64,000 nt of DNA from Camelus ferus. Its lineage: Eukaryota. The position numbers and the translations under genes were made by a program. Where the stretch lies: positions 54,748,001 to 54,812,000 of the forward strand of contig NC_045697.1 of assembly GCF_009834535.1 (NCBI RefSeq), in the 5' to 3' direction. Shown piece by piece: positions 12,966 through 25,900 of the stretch; positions within the stretch are counted from its first letter, which is position 1; every line of letters starts with the position of its first letter. The notes beneath the pieces were generated by a model, which had not been told where the DNA came from, made no database searches, and saw only the letters and a list, made by a program, of their open reading frames with translations.

Positions 12966-13410
12966 CAGAGACCTCTAGAATGGCAGAGTAAGGACTTTGG
13001 TAGTCTCTTTCCTTAGCAAACAGCAATTTAACTGATGAAAATGATTTTTAAAAAACCAAACATTTATGGTTTTTTAAGGCATACAGAGAATGAAAAACAT
13101 TCATTAAAGAAAATCTACTAAATCTTAGTAAGAATAGAAGAAGTTATGGTGTTTAAGTTATGTCTTGTTCCCTTACACTGCTGCCCACCTGTACCCAGCT
13201 CTGTGTCACAGCAGCTCTGTCCCAGCTATGTACAGCCAAGAAGACAAGGGATCCCTTTAACTTCCAATTTGGGCTAAAGTTTCATCCCTGGAAGGACAGG
13301 CTGCCACTTCTCATCCCTCAAAGCTCCAGTTGTAGGTAGGTGCAAAGAGAGGATTGGTTCTCCCTTTGCCCACCTAGCTGCTGCTCAAAGGGCAAGAACT
13401 TCACTCTAAC
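12966..13410 (+). mobile_element. Old L1 5' end (L1M4/L1MC/MD-type 5'UTR)
   Basis: 'gagacctctagaatggcagagtaaggact...aaggcatacagagaatgaaaaacattcattaaagaaaatctactaaatcttagtaagaatag' resembles old L1M 5' ends. Confidence 0.65.
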
Positions 13411-15058
13411 CTCCTAACATTCTTATGAAAGTGAAAGAAACCCAGAACAGCCAAAACAATTCTGAAAAGGAGTATTAGAGCATTAACACTTCATGATTTT
13501 AAAACCTACCACAAAGCTATAATAAAGACAATGTGGTATTGGCATATGTAGATATATGGATCAATGGAATAGAATCGAGTCTAAAAATAAACTCTCATAT
13601 TTACAGTCAATTGACTTTTGACAAGGTTGTTAAGACAATTCAATGGGAGCAAGAATGATTTTCAGCAAATAGTGCTGGGAAATGAGGTATCCACATGGAG
13701 AAGAATGAAGTTGAATCGCTATCTCATACCCTACACAAAATAACACAAAATGGATTGTAGACCTAAATGTATAAAACTCTCAGAAAAAATTATAGGAGTA
13801 AAGCTTCATGATCTTGGGTTAGGCAATGGTTTCTTAAATACAACACTAAAAGCACAAATGACAAAATAAAAAACAGATAAGCTGGACTACATCAAAATTT
13901 AAAACTTTTGTGCTGAAAACAATGCCATCAAGAGAATGAAAAGACAATCTGCATAATGGGAGAAAAGTTTTGCAAGTCACATATGTAATAAGGGACTTGT
14001 ATCCAGTATATACAGAACGCTTATAATTCAATAATAAAAAGACTCAGTAGCTCAATTAACAAGTGGATATAGGATCTGAATAGTCATTTCTCTAAAGAAG
14101 ATTCATGGCAAGTAAGCACTTGAAGTGATGCTCAGCAACATTAGTCACTAGAAACATGCAAATCAAAACTCCAGTGAGAGAAGATGTCATAACTAATAGA
14201 TGATTATAATAATAAAACACAGACAATTGCAAGTATTGGTGAGAATGTGGGAAAATTCTAACACTCATATGTTGCTAGTGGGAATGTAAAATGGCATAGT
14301 TCTTTGTCTTTTTTTTAGTGGGGGTAGGTAATTAGGTTTATTTATTTATCTTAATGGAGATACTGGGGATTGACTCCAGGACCTCGTGCATGCTAAGCAC
14401 ACGCTCTACCACTGAGTTACACCCTCCCCACCCTGGTGTAGGTCTTTGGAAAAGTCTGGCGTTTCCTCTAAATATTACACACAGAGTTCCCATATGACCT
14501 AGCAATTCTAATTTTTAGTTTTCTACCCCAAAGAAATTAAAGCATGTTCACATACAAAAAACTCTCCATGAATGTTCAGAGAAGCATTAGTCATAATAGT
14601 CAAAAAGTAGATACAACCCAAGTGTTCATTCACTGATGAGTGGGAAAATATAAAATGTGGTATAACCACATACTGGAATATTATTCAGCAATAAAAAGAA
14701 ATGAAGTAATGATACATGCTGCAAAATGGATAAAACCTGAAAATATGCTAAGTAAAAATTACAGTCCTAAAAGAGCACATACTGTATGATCCCATTCCTA
14801 TGAAATGTTCCAAATAGGCAAATCTATAGAGATTGAAAATAGGTTAGTGGTTGTCTAAGGCTGGGGGTGAAGTGGGTGGAAAAGAATGAGAGTATTATGG
14901 GCTTAAAAAATTTTTTTTCTGGAGGGACAAAAATCTTCTAAAATTAGATTGTGATGATGGTTGTGTAATGCTGTGACTACAGTAAAAAACAGTGAATTGA
15001 ACACTTCAAATGGACAAATTGTATGTTTGTTAATTATATCTCAAGAAAGCTTTTCAAA
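13411..15058 (+). mobile_element. Old L1 distal ORF2 plus 3'UTR (L1MB/MC-like)
   Basis: 'cccagaacagccaaaacaattctgaaaagg', 'aagctggactacatcaaaatttaaaacttttg', 3' end 'aattatatctcaagaaagc'. Confidence 0.9.
14309..14433 (-). mobile_element. tRNA-derived SINE, vic-1-like, nested in old L1
   Basis: Reverse complement of the same SINE: 'ggtaattaggtttatttatt...tactggggattgactccaggacctcgtgcatgctaagcacacgctctaccactgagttacaccctcccc'; TSD 14292-14306 / 14434-14448. Confidence 0.92.
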
Positions 15059-15805
15059 CAAGTAAAAATGTTAGCATTAAAAAAAAGCATTTATGTGAAA
15101 CTTAAGCTTTTAATATTGATGTGCTTTTTGATAATTATATTTATCTTACCGTCAAGGAGAAAAGGCAGAGCCATTTTTCTTCCAAAAATAATATTTTGTT
15201 TCCATAAAATAATTTTACGTGGTTAAACTATTTATCTTAAAGAATGGAATTTAAAAATCTAACAGGTTCTCTCCTTTGTCATATTTCATATTTTAATGAG
15301 AAAGTCCATGGTAAGTGTATGGAGGAAAAATAAATTCATCTTTATTGTATAGAATGTCTAAAAAAAGCATCTACATCTGTGCAACTTGGTAGAAAACAGA
15401 TTTTTATTACCTATGACATTTTAGTGAACTTCAACTTTTTTTTGAGAAAATGAGTAATTTTCATTCTATAAGCAGCTTTATAATTTTCAGTTCCAAGTTT
15501 ACATTTTCACAATAGCTCAAATTGGCTAAAGACTTGAAAACAAAAATATATATTATAATTCTGGTATAAAGTGATGCTTAGTGTTATTGAAATATGTTGA
15601 ACTTAAAAAGTTAATTCCTATAAATTTTACCTCTCACTGCCATTCTAAGACCATATACCTGCATCTCTGTGTCAGACACTACTGCCAGGTGAAAGTGTCT
15701 TGTGTATGAACTCAGCAAGCAGCTTCTTTGCCAAGCAAGACCAACTGAAGTTCTGAAGAGAATGCATATGATCTAGCTGGTTACACTGTTAATAAAATTT
15801 ATTAA

Positions 15806-15952
15806 TTTTTTTACACTTTTATTGTGGTATGGTTCATGCACAGTAAACTACATATATTTCAGATATACAATTTGATGAATTTTGATAGATGTACACACCA
15901 ATGAAACTACCACCACAATCAAGATAGCTAATATTTCCATCACTCCCCAAGA
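15806..15952 (-). mobile_element. Old L1 extreme 3' end (L1MB/MC-like)
   Basis: 'ttttattgtggtatgg...tacaatttgatgaattttga...accaccacaatcaagatagctaatatttccatcactccc'. Confidence 0.8.
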
Positions 15953-15961
15953 GGTATAATT

Positions 15962-17037
15962 TTTGAATTCCCAACTTATCCCCTCCCACCCTCTTTACTC
16001 CCTGATAATGATAAGTTAGTTCTCTATGTCTGTGAGTCTGTTTCTGTTTTGTAAATAAGTTCATCTGTGTCCCTTTTCCCCCAGATTCCACATATAAGCA
16101 GTATCATATGGCACTTTTATTTCTCTTTCTGGCTTACTTCACTTGTACTGACAATCTCTAAGTCCATCCATGTTGCTGCAAATGGTACTATTTTATTCTT
16201 TTTTTATGCCTGAGTAGTATTCCTGTGTGTGTGTGTGTGTTGTACGTACACACAAACACATACATACCACATCTTTATCCAATCATCTGTCAATGGACAT
16301 TTGGGTTGTTTCCATGTCTTGGTTATTGTAAATAGTGCTGCTCTGAACATTGGTGTGCATGTGTTTTTTTGAATTATATTTTTCTCTGGATATATGTCCA
16401 GGAGTGGTATTGCTAGATCATATGGTAAGCCTATTTTCAGTTTTTTAAGAAACCTCTGTACTGTCCTCCATAGTGGCTGCACCAACTTACATTCCCACCA
16501 ACAGTATAGAAGAGTTCCTTTTTCTCCACACCCTCTCCAGCATTTGTCATTTGTAGATTTTTTAATGATGGCCCTTCTGGTAAGTGTGAGGTGATATCTC
16601 ATCGTAGTTTTGATTTGAATTTCTCTGAAAACTAGAGATATTGAGCATCTTTTCATGAGCTTGCTGGACATCTGTATGTCTTCTTTGGTCTATTTAGGTC
16701 TTCTGCCCATTGTTTTTTATTGGGTTGCTTGTTTTTATTTGATACTAAGGTATATGAGCTGTTTGTATATTTTGGAAATTAGTCCCTTCTCAGTTGCATC
16801 ATTTGCAAACATTTTCTCTCATTCTGTAGGTTGTCTTTTTGTTTTGTTGACGGTATCCTTAGCTGTGCAAAAGCTTTTACATTTCATTAGATCCCATTTG
16901 TTTATTTTTGCCTTTATTTCCATTACTCCAGGAGCTGGTTCAAAAATATATTGCTGTGATTTATGTCCAAGAGTGTTCTGCCTATGTTTTCCTCTAGGAG
17001 TTTTTATAGTATCTGGCCTTACATTTCAGTCTTTTAA
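15962..17037 (-). mobile_element. Younger artiodactyl-type L1: ORF2 C-terminus plus partial 3'UTR
   Basis: ORF 16204-16671(-) encodes the L1 ORF2 C-terminus (KTTMRYHLT...[25 protein letters not shown]...PYDLAIPLL). Confidence 0.93.
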
Positions 17038-17302
17038 CTAGATAGTAAGTAGATATTAAAAATAAGAGAAAATATCTTTAGAAGAAAGATGATCAATAAT
17101 AAAGATGACCTAAAATAGAATAATAAAATCTATAAATGTTTTAATAATCACTGCTTAACTCAACTTAACTCTGATGTCTCCTCAGTCTAATTAGAGCTCA
17201 TTGTAATTTTGGCCATTGAAAAGAAGGTTTAGTTGTTGGCCTGTTCAGAGCTTCTCTTTGTCTGATTCTACTGAGTCTTGTGGGTCAAGGTAGCCTTTAA
17301 AG

Positions 17303-17506
17303 TAACATTTGGCAAACTTTTTCTATGAAGGATCAGATAGTAAATTTTTTTTTAGCTTTGTGGGTTTAAGGTCTTTGTGAAAAGCATTCAGCTCTGCCTT
17401 TGTGGTGTAAAAACAGTCATGGACATTCTATAAATGAACAGACATCGCTATGTTCTAGTAAAACTTTATTTACAAAACAAGCCAGTGGACATAGTTTGCC
17501 AACCTG
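17303..17506. mobile_element. MER58A-like hAT-Charlie MITE
   Basis: Terminal inverted motifs 'ttggcaaact' / 'agtttgccaa'; 8-bp TSD ctttaaag (17295-17302) / ctttagag (17507-17514). Confidence 0.88.
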
Positions 17507-17690
17507 CTTTAGAGTTTAATTTGCTTGGAACTTATGAATTTCTCCCTGTTTTAAATTGATCTTGGCTAGAAATTTAGATGTATCTATCAGGCGGATGATT
17601 AATTTCTCTGAAAATGATTCAGGAGTGTGGCCTCATGATGATGTTCATCCAGTTAGGAAAGCTAGCATCATTGCTGTACAAAAACACTTC

Positions 17691-17714
17691 TTTTTTTTTT
17701 TTTTTTTTTTTTTT
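17691..17714. repeat. Poly-T run (24 nt)
   Basis: Seen directly. Confidence 0.95.
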
Positions 17715-17898
17715 GGTATTCAACAAAGGTAAGGGGATCTCTTATGTCAGGGTTTTTCTTTAAGAACTTTCATTACCCTGCGCTTCATTTTCAGGTTCTT
17801 AAATTAATTTTAAAACTTTAGCTATTATAATTTCTTACTTTTAATGAGAATGTTTGTATTTGTATTTATCTTTTAGGTCTTTAACAATTGGTTTATCC

Positions 17899-18084
17899 CT
17901 GGGTTGCCAGATTTAGCAAATAAAAATATAGAACTCTCAATTAAATTTGATTTAATTTAGATAAACAATGAAAATTTTCTCATTATAAGTGAGTTTCATG
18001 CAATATTGGGGAACCCATAAAAATCTGTTGTTTTTCTGAAATTAAAATGTAACTAGGCATTCTGTATTTTATATGTTAACCCCA
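17899..18084. mobile_element. MER53-like palindromic hAT MITE
   Basis: 'gggttgccagatttagcaaataaaaata...ttaaatttga...ctgaaattaaaatgtaactaggcattctgtattttat'; flanks gtttatcc / gtttattc. Confidence 0.85.
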
Positions 18085-19189
18085 GTTTATTCTCCATCCC
18101 AACATTTTCAAAACATGTTCAGAAAATAACTTTTCACTTACCATCATAGGAATTTCAGTAACATTATATTTGCTCCAAATGTCTGTTTAGCTACTTTCCA
18201 TATATTTTGCTGAAGTATTTTTTCCATAATAATTTAAACTATCTACTGTATATAAAGCAAATTATACATATTATCCACTCTCCAGAAGGTTAGCAACCAC
18301 TTCCTATGTAGACTTTATTCTGTTTCTTTTCTCCCAGTTTTCCTGACTACCCAACTAACCAACCAAATGCTCTCACCTTACATGTGCCAATATTCTACAT
18401 CTCCTATTTATCAAGTCCTCTACTCTTTTCCTAGTATTTTACTTCTTCCTACCTGGCCAATAATTTGAACTTCACACCTCCTGCATGAGACAAAGCAAGG
18501 CGTATTATAAAACTTTTATTAATATTTAAACATTTTACCAAAGTAGTACATGCACATTATTTAAAAATAATAATACTAGCAGGCTATATTTAATAATAGC
18601 ATCCACCTGCCCCATTCTCTCCTCTCCAGATTTCTACTACCTTGAGATAATTATGTTCATACATTTTAATTGATTGATTATTCTGATCAGTGCCCTCTGT
18701 TTATGTTGCTATTTCTTGATTTTTCAATTTTATTCTTTCAATTCAATTTTATTCCTCTTCTGATTTTTTCAGTATCATTATATTACATTATTTTATTATT
18801 CACAGATGACTCAAGAATGGGTCTATGGTTATATTTCTTTTCTTGTTATATTTTTGCTTTTCTTGAAGTTAATGTTAATATCTAAGGTCTAATGGAATTA
18901 ATACCTAATCTTGCAATTTGTTTCATTTTCTCTAAATCTGTTGCTAATTAATCTACTTACAGAGATTCTACTAAATTTCTTTAAACAAAGTAGATATTTT
19001 GCCAGCTTCTCATCTTGGAGCCATCTTTCCTGGGCCTCTGTTCTCACATTTCAATTGGGAACACTTGACCTCTAAGTCTGTTGCATTGATTCATCCTGCA
19101 TGCTTCAGGATCAACCTGGAAATTCCTTGTGCCATATGTACTCTCTTTTTTCTCAGATTACTTTAGTTTATTTCAAAATTTTAGTTTGT

Positions 19190-20600
19190 TTAGGTTGTGC
19201 CTGAGGTTCCTATGGGACACCTACATGGAGACATGTAGTAAGTAGTTGGAAGGAGCTTAGACAGAAGTATGTTCTCTAGATAAGTATTTGTTAATAATTG
19301 ATATGTAATCTATGTAGATAGTAGAGATCATAAATGTATATGTGATCACCCAGGAAGAGTGTGTAGATTAAGAAGAGATTTTGCACCAAGGATGAGACCT
19401 AAATGTGTACTGTCAATTCAGCAACTGGAAGTAGAAGAAGATTCTATAAATTAGGATTAGATGACCTAGATAGGAATATTAAAGGGAAAACCAAGAAAGT
19501 GTGGGGAAACTGAAGCCAAGAAAGAGAAAGTCGCCTGTATAAAAATACTGTTACATGATGAGGTTTGTTGCATTTATTTAGCAGCAAGTAAGTCATCAAT
19601 GAAAGTATTTTAGGTGGAATTATGAAGGATAATTCTAGTGGTTGGGTAATTATAAAATAGAAAAGAATCATGGTCATAGTTCAATCCTAATGAGAAGGAG
19701 TTAGAAAAGGAAGAGTTTGGAGGTAAGGGGAGGAGTAGAGAAAATCAACAGAATAAATGGCAAAGAAAAGGATGGTTATTAATGCTCAGAGCTTTGTAGG
19801 TTTTGTGTATGGGAATTCAAAGAGGTTCCCTTCTTATCATTTTTATGATAAAAAACCAAGAACAGATCAAGTTGAGATTTCAGGACAAAGGAGAACCTTT
19901 GTGAAAATGAGAGAGTGAGTTAAGGAGAACTGTTAGTATTTCCAGGAAGTATAGGAGGATCCAGGTACTCTTGGTGATCACAAATTAATAGTTGGATCAG
20001 CTAACCAGTTGTAGGTGTTTTATAAGATGAAGCTTCAGAGAAGATGGACATTTTTGTTCATTCAAAGTTAGGTTTTGTTTGGTGTAGGGAAGGATAGGAA
20101 AATGAAGAAAGGACACTGAGAATAATGACAAAGGATGACAAAATCATTAGGATTAGAATTACTAAAGATCAAATGCCATGAGCTCAATAGTCATTATGAT
20201 AAAAATAGATATAAATAGGGGGTCAGTATCCTAGGGGTCCTGATGAGGTTGGTATAGTAGGGAATGATTAAATGAAAGAACTTAGAGGATAAGAGGCTGT
20301 GTTCAGAAAGTGAGGTGAATGAATCCATTATTTCAGAGGAGAAATTGATTCAGGTGATGAAAATATGCATGTATGCTTATGAAATGTGGGACTGAAGTGG
20401 TGTTGAGATCACTGAAGTGAGATAGTGAAGTAAATGATTGGATTTGTTGGTGAATTGATCATACAAATGAAGATAAAAAGTTTCCAGGTTAATTGTAGGA
20501 CATGTAAGAGAAGACAAAGTTCAAAGGGTTGTATCATCACATGGCATGCTCCTCAAGTGAGTAATGTTCCATGAGGAGAAGAAAATAGCCCTGGAATCCA
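19190..20600 (-). mobile_element. Highly diverged L2 LINE
   Basis: Purine-rich tract with 'gtgatcacccaggaagagtgtgtaga..aagaagag' and 'gaaaaccaagaaagtgtggg..actgaagccaag'. Confidence 0.65.
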
Positions 20601-20675
20601 GATTCTGAGGCTTATGTGAATGAATAAATAAATGTGCTGCTCACTAGAGCATGCAAAAAGATGTCATTCAGGAGA

Positions 20676-21060
20676 ATATTAGTCAGAATAGGCTAGCTTA
20701 TGCTACTAAAACAAACAGCATCTAGGTCTCAGGTATTTACATAATACATGTTTATTGCATAGAAGTCACTGTAGGGTTGAGTGACTCTCAGACAGCTGTC
20801 CTCTATAGGGTGGCTCACCTGCATATTTTCATATCATGGCACCTGCATAGCAAGATATGTTTTCCACAAGTAAATGTAGATAATGTAGAAAATCACATAC
20901 TGACTTTTAAATACTTCTCCAAAGTGATTCAGTGTCCCTTCCACTCACATTTTATTAGGCCATGAAAGTTATGTGGTCACACCTCACTTCAAGGTAGGCA
21001 CCCACATATACACTCAGGAACAAAGAAAATAAGAAATGGTGATAAGCAGTAGTAATGCCT
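20676..21060 (-). mobile_element. MaLR LTR (MLT1K/L-like)
   Basis: 'tattagtcagaataggctagcttatgctactaaaacaaac' and 'cactcacattttattaggcc..agttatgtggtcacacctcacttcaagg'. Confidence 0.75.
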
Positions 21061-23176
21061 CCTTCAAGTGGTGTACAAAAATTTCAATTAAAATATGTAA
21101 TAAAAGACAATTTTATTAAAGAAGTGCAAGATTTTGGGAAGTTTTTAATCAAGGAATGCAAATTCCAGAGTACACAGTAGGTGAAGAGGAGCAGTGAAAA
21201 ACTGTGTTAAAGAAGACAGGCGCCCGTCAGGTTTAGGATGATGCATGAGGAATATAAATAGCTAGAAGGGCTTGTATTAGAGTGTTGGTTTAGGAATATA
21301 GGAATTACATACATGAAAAGATCAACTGGTCATCAGTTTGCTAAAGATCATATATTACAGCTTCTCAAATTTGTGCACTTACGTTGGTGTCAGTAGCTTT
21401 AAGGAACAGACAGATCCATCACATATGTTGTAATGCATAGGGGTTGGGGTGGGACGTTTTCAGTGTGTTACAGTAATTATACAGCCGGAAGCTCAGCAGT
21501 GTTTTGTTCTCATAATCTTTCCCACATCTTTATTTGTAGTCTGTATTTCTAATTCACTTCTGCATATATGTCTTAAAACATACTGACATTCATTTATTTT
21601 AACTTTATTATTTTCAAAGTCAATCTTTTACTTTCATCATTTTTATTCCTACCTTAATTATTCTCTACTATTCTCTATTTTGATCTTTCCTTTATTAATC
21701 TTTCCTTTATTTGCCTAGTATCCCTTAGTCCTACTTCCTAGAGGAACTTATTTTCTCCTTCTCGGTGACCCTGGAGAAAGTCCCTGTCATGAACCCATGA
21801 AGAGTGAAGTATTTTGGCAAATCTCACTTTGAGGGGATAAACAGATATATGAAAATAAAAAACCTGAATTATGAAGGATGGCTTAATACTAAGGAATTAG
21901 AATATCACTCTTAAATTGATCTAGCCTTAATTGTTAGCTTTTTGGTTTAAAAATACATTTCATGAGAAGTTTAGACTTTAAGAAAAGTAATATGAGAAAA
22001 GAACGGTTTATGGGTCATGATATTGTCATCTAAGTCCTTGAGAACCAATATTGCTTTACAATTCCAAAGATAATTGTATGTGGCCTACCCCATATTTAAT
22101 TTAGTACTTCAGAATTTCTAAAGTGATTTTCAATGGTGATAATGTGCCATTTTGAGACTGTCACATTGTTAAATGTTAAAATATAGATTATGTGAAGTCA
22201 AATGGTTTCTAAACTGTGTGCATTTTCAGTATGGCTTGATAAAAAAATAATTTCATTATTTTAAACTCCATTAGAATAATGGATATAAATGACTTGTGAC
22301 ATTAATTTTCTTCTATATCCACTTTAGCCACAACTCCATAACCCATATCAGTCACCTTAAAGGTTCAACATATTAAAAAGACTTGCTGATTGGGGATAAC
22401 ATTATGGATGGCAGTGAACAATGAAGCTGAGATGGATGCAAGGCAGATTATTAAATTAGTCAAGTACCTAACAGATGTATGGAGCTACCCAAGAAGTTAA
22501 GTCTGTGAATTCAGAAAGTTTCCTAAATTACAAGAGAAAAACTGGTGGGAATCAATTGAAGAGGCAGAAATAATTCAGTTGTTTGGCTTTGAAACCAACT
22601 CAATATGACTGCCCAGTAGAAATAATTAGAATTGATATTTGTCTTGTCCTCTGACACCGTATCAAATTGGTGAGAGGCTCCTGAAAAAGGGTTAGATAGC
22701 ATATAATACCTAAGCTTTCACCAAAGTTATGTCAAAGCATTTTGAAGCTAGGATACCTGGAACTCAGTTCTAGCTCTGCCACTGCTCAGTTAGGGGACCT
22801 ATTTGATCTTCATGTATCTCACTAGGGAACCATGTGATCAGAGCTAGTAGTGTTCCATCAACACTCTTTGTGCTTCTTCATGTGAAACGTACGCGGAGTT
22901 GGCCTTTCTGCTGTTCAGAGTGATTTAAAAACATTTTTGATAATTTTTCTTTCCTTTTCCTTTCCTTTTTCTTCTTTCTTACTTTTCTTTTCCTTGCTCT
23001 TTTATTTTCTATCTTTCTCCTTCTCTTAAACAAATATTTATTAAACAAGTCCACTATGCAGGCATTGTGCTCGCCTATGATTACTGCATTTATATCTAAA
23101 GAAAGGAAATATATTACTGAACACATGATGGCAGGTCACCTTTAGTTAAAAGAACTTTATAATGTAGATGGCAGCC

Positions 23177-23231
23177 CTCTCTCTCTCTCTCTCTCTCTCT
23201 ATCTTTATCACACACACGCACACATACACAC
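23177..23231. repeat. Compound (CT)n / (CA)n microsatellite
   Basis: Seen directly. Confidence 0.9.
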
Positions 23232-24599
23232 AGAAGAATTACAGGCAGAGCCCTGCTGTTTCTACCATGCAGTGATGCATAATTTAAAGGAATACATTAT
23301 AATGAGAGATTATTTCTCAGTCTGCAAGCTATGGGGATTTATGTAGGATTGGCTTCATATTTGGTACTTCAAGAAAACAAGAAAGGATATCATCAATCAT
23401 CCTATCTTCATTTGAATAGTCATTAAAGATGCTATCTGCATTGTCTGCCACAATTCCTAGGTACACAGTGGGCCCGGTGACTCCACTGAGACACAGTTGC
23501 TCCGCGGCTTTTGTCTATAAACCATCCTGCTCTGACAGCTGCTGCAGCTCCCTGCTCAAATGTGTGGTGCTTCATTATTATTTTTGATGCTATAGGGGCT
23601 TTGCTATGATGTACATCGCTCTTGTCCTGGTAAACTTGTTTATGACTCATAATCTTGTGCTTCTACACTGAGTTTGTTATGTACTTGGAGGGGTTTTAGA
23701 TACTTCATGTGTTATTTATGGTTTTTAAGGTGATTCAGATCACCTAAATAAGGAATATTGTTTTAGGTTTAGTTTGAAATGTACTGACGTTATCTGATTT
23801 GCTTCCTAATAAGGCCTTTACTTCTTCTTATACGCTTTTTATCATGACACCACTGAAAATTGTTTCTCCCCAGAAGCAGAATTTAGGGACCATGTTGTGC
23901 ATTGTGTTTTAATGAAAATGTTAGGTCAGTATATTCTAGTATGAATACATCATTGCCCATTCATAGTACTGTATTCAACTCTGCAAAACTCTACATGATT
24001 AATTGCACTCTGTGCACTCAGTTTTGCTCACCTGGCCAAGTTCCTAGACAAGTGACTTCGTGGCTTTGGGTACTATCCTCTGTCTGCTGACTTGGAATTT
24101 GGAGGAGATAAACAAGATCAGGGAGCTTTCTTTCGGGCCCAGTTGCCTGTCAAGATCTGTCTCTCTCTGCTGCTCTCTGGTCCTGCTTGAAGATCCTCTG
24201 GAACATACAGGTTTGGGAGGGACGTGGTGATACAAATTTCTCATGGCATAGATGTGGCCAGTGAGGAAGACTTTGGTACAAAGCAATCCATGGCTTTGAG
24301 AATCTGTCAAAAGTTTGTGAATACATTTATAGATGATTCAGAGCTATAATCAAGAAAGGGGTTAGGAGAAGGAAAACATTAATTTACATTTGCTAGGGTT
24401 TTCTCCAAAGTCCCACTTCTACCCATTGTACAAAGGAAGTCCTTATAAAAATCTCATCTTCACTTTGCTGTCTTTGACCACTAGGACCTCAATTCCTTTG
24501 AACATAAACTCCACTTTTTGTTTGATGGAAATGGATCTTGATTAAAAAAAGCAACACCTCCTTCATACAGAAAAAGTTTATGATAATAATAAAAATGAC

Positions 24600-24795
24600 A
24601 CTGATGATAACAGCATTTCTCCATGTGCTGCTTTACATGTATTAAGTAACTTGGTACACACACGCATGCAAACCTTGTGACAGATGTAGTATCTTGATCT
24701 CCACTTTGCAGATGAGAAAACAGAAGCACTTGTTGTTTAAAAAGTTTGTTTGTAGTCATCACATGGTAAGTGGCTGCAGGGATTCGAACAGAGGC
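24600..24795 (-). mobile_element. MIR SINE
   Basis: 'ctccactttgcagatgagaaaacagaagcac...tcacatggtaagtggctgcagggattcgaac'. Confidence 0.75.
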
Positions 24796-25729
24796 AGCCA
24801 AGGAAAGCGGCAGCAGGACACAACCTTCTGCAGGGGCATCCACATATCCTGTCTCTGCTCTCTGTTCCTGCCATCCATCGTCCTGCTGGTCTGCATCCAT
24901 TTTAGGAGCTGGTGCCTGATTTGCCAGCTTCCCTGGTCATATGCACTTCTCCTGCCCCTTTCTTTTTGTGTCGTAACATATTCCTAGGTGAAGCCTCAGG
25001 ATTAGGGTGAGCACTCACCCATTTAACACCTTTGTTTGCATTAGAAGAGATTTCTTTGCTTAAGTCAGATTTCTTCCCATGATTGTACGGCCCCAAGAGC
25101 CCTATATGGCAGCAGTACTGACTGTGTGCACCCACCACTCTCTCATCCACTCACACCCCTGTAACGGCACTATCCATGCCACTAACATGGCACACATTCT
25201 TGACACACTCACCCCTGCACTCACCCCTGCCACCTACTTCTAACCCCCCTTTGGAGGTTAGAAATTGGGTTCTGAGACCTCAGGGCAGCTGACAGCTGGC
25301 CTGGGCTTAGCCATGTGCATGTTTATATGTGTCTGCATGCATGAGTTCATATATACATGTGTGCGTACATGTTTATGTGTGAGATCTTAAGTGTGCACAG
25401 GACCAGTGGTTATGTAGAAGAGCTTCTTTCAGTAGCTACTCATTCAGTAGCCTCAGGATTTCTGCTCCTGCTCTCACACACTCATGTTAAATTAGCAAAT
25501 GTCTAAGATGTAGGGGAGATGGTGCTTTTGAGTAGGGCACTTCCCCAATGCTTATATACTAAACCCTACACTGCCCCCACTTTGAGGAGCTTTCCCTTTG
25601 TGTAGCCTGGAAGAAAATGCAGCCCACAGCCTGCTGGTTATATAGACTTATAGGCTTAAATTTCAGATATTCTTAAAATATGGTTTTACCACCATCGTTA
25701 TTGCCATAAATAATTCAATTTTACATACA

Positions 25730-25900
25730 TCACATCACTTAACTTCCAGAAGAACCTTGTGGCATGGGGGTTATCCTCATTTTACAGATGAAAAAATTGA
25801 GGCCCAGAGAGGTGCCATGACTCTCCCAAGGGCACACAGGTAGGGATTAGTTGAGCACTGGTTGGGGTCCAGGTTAGTTTGACACCAAAGCCTGTGCTTT
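25730..25900 (-). mobile_element. MIR SINE
   Basis: 'atcctcattttacagatgaaaaaattgaggcccagagagg...tgactctcccaagggcacacag...tgacaccaaagcctgtgctt'. Confidence 0.85.

Noticed and set aside
16204..17041. 155-aa and 128-aa ORFs
   Set aside because: L1 ORF2 C-terminus and its antisense within a truncated copy.
25040..25640. C-rich/TG-rich block that may be an ancient LTR
   Set aside because: I could not assign termini, a TSD or a family, so it is left unannotated.
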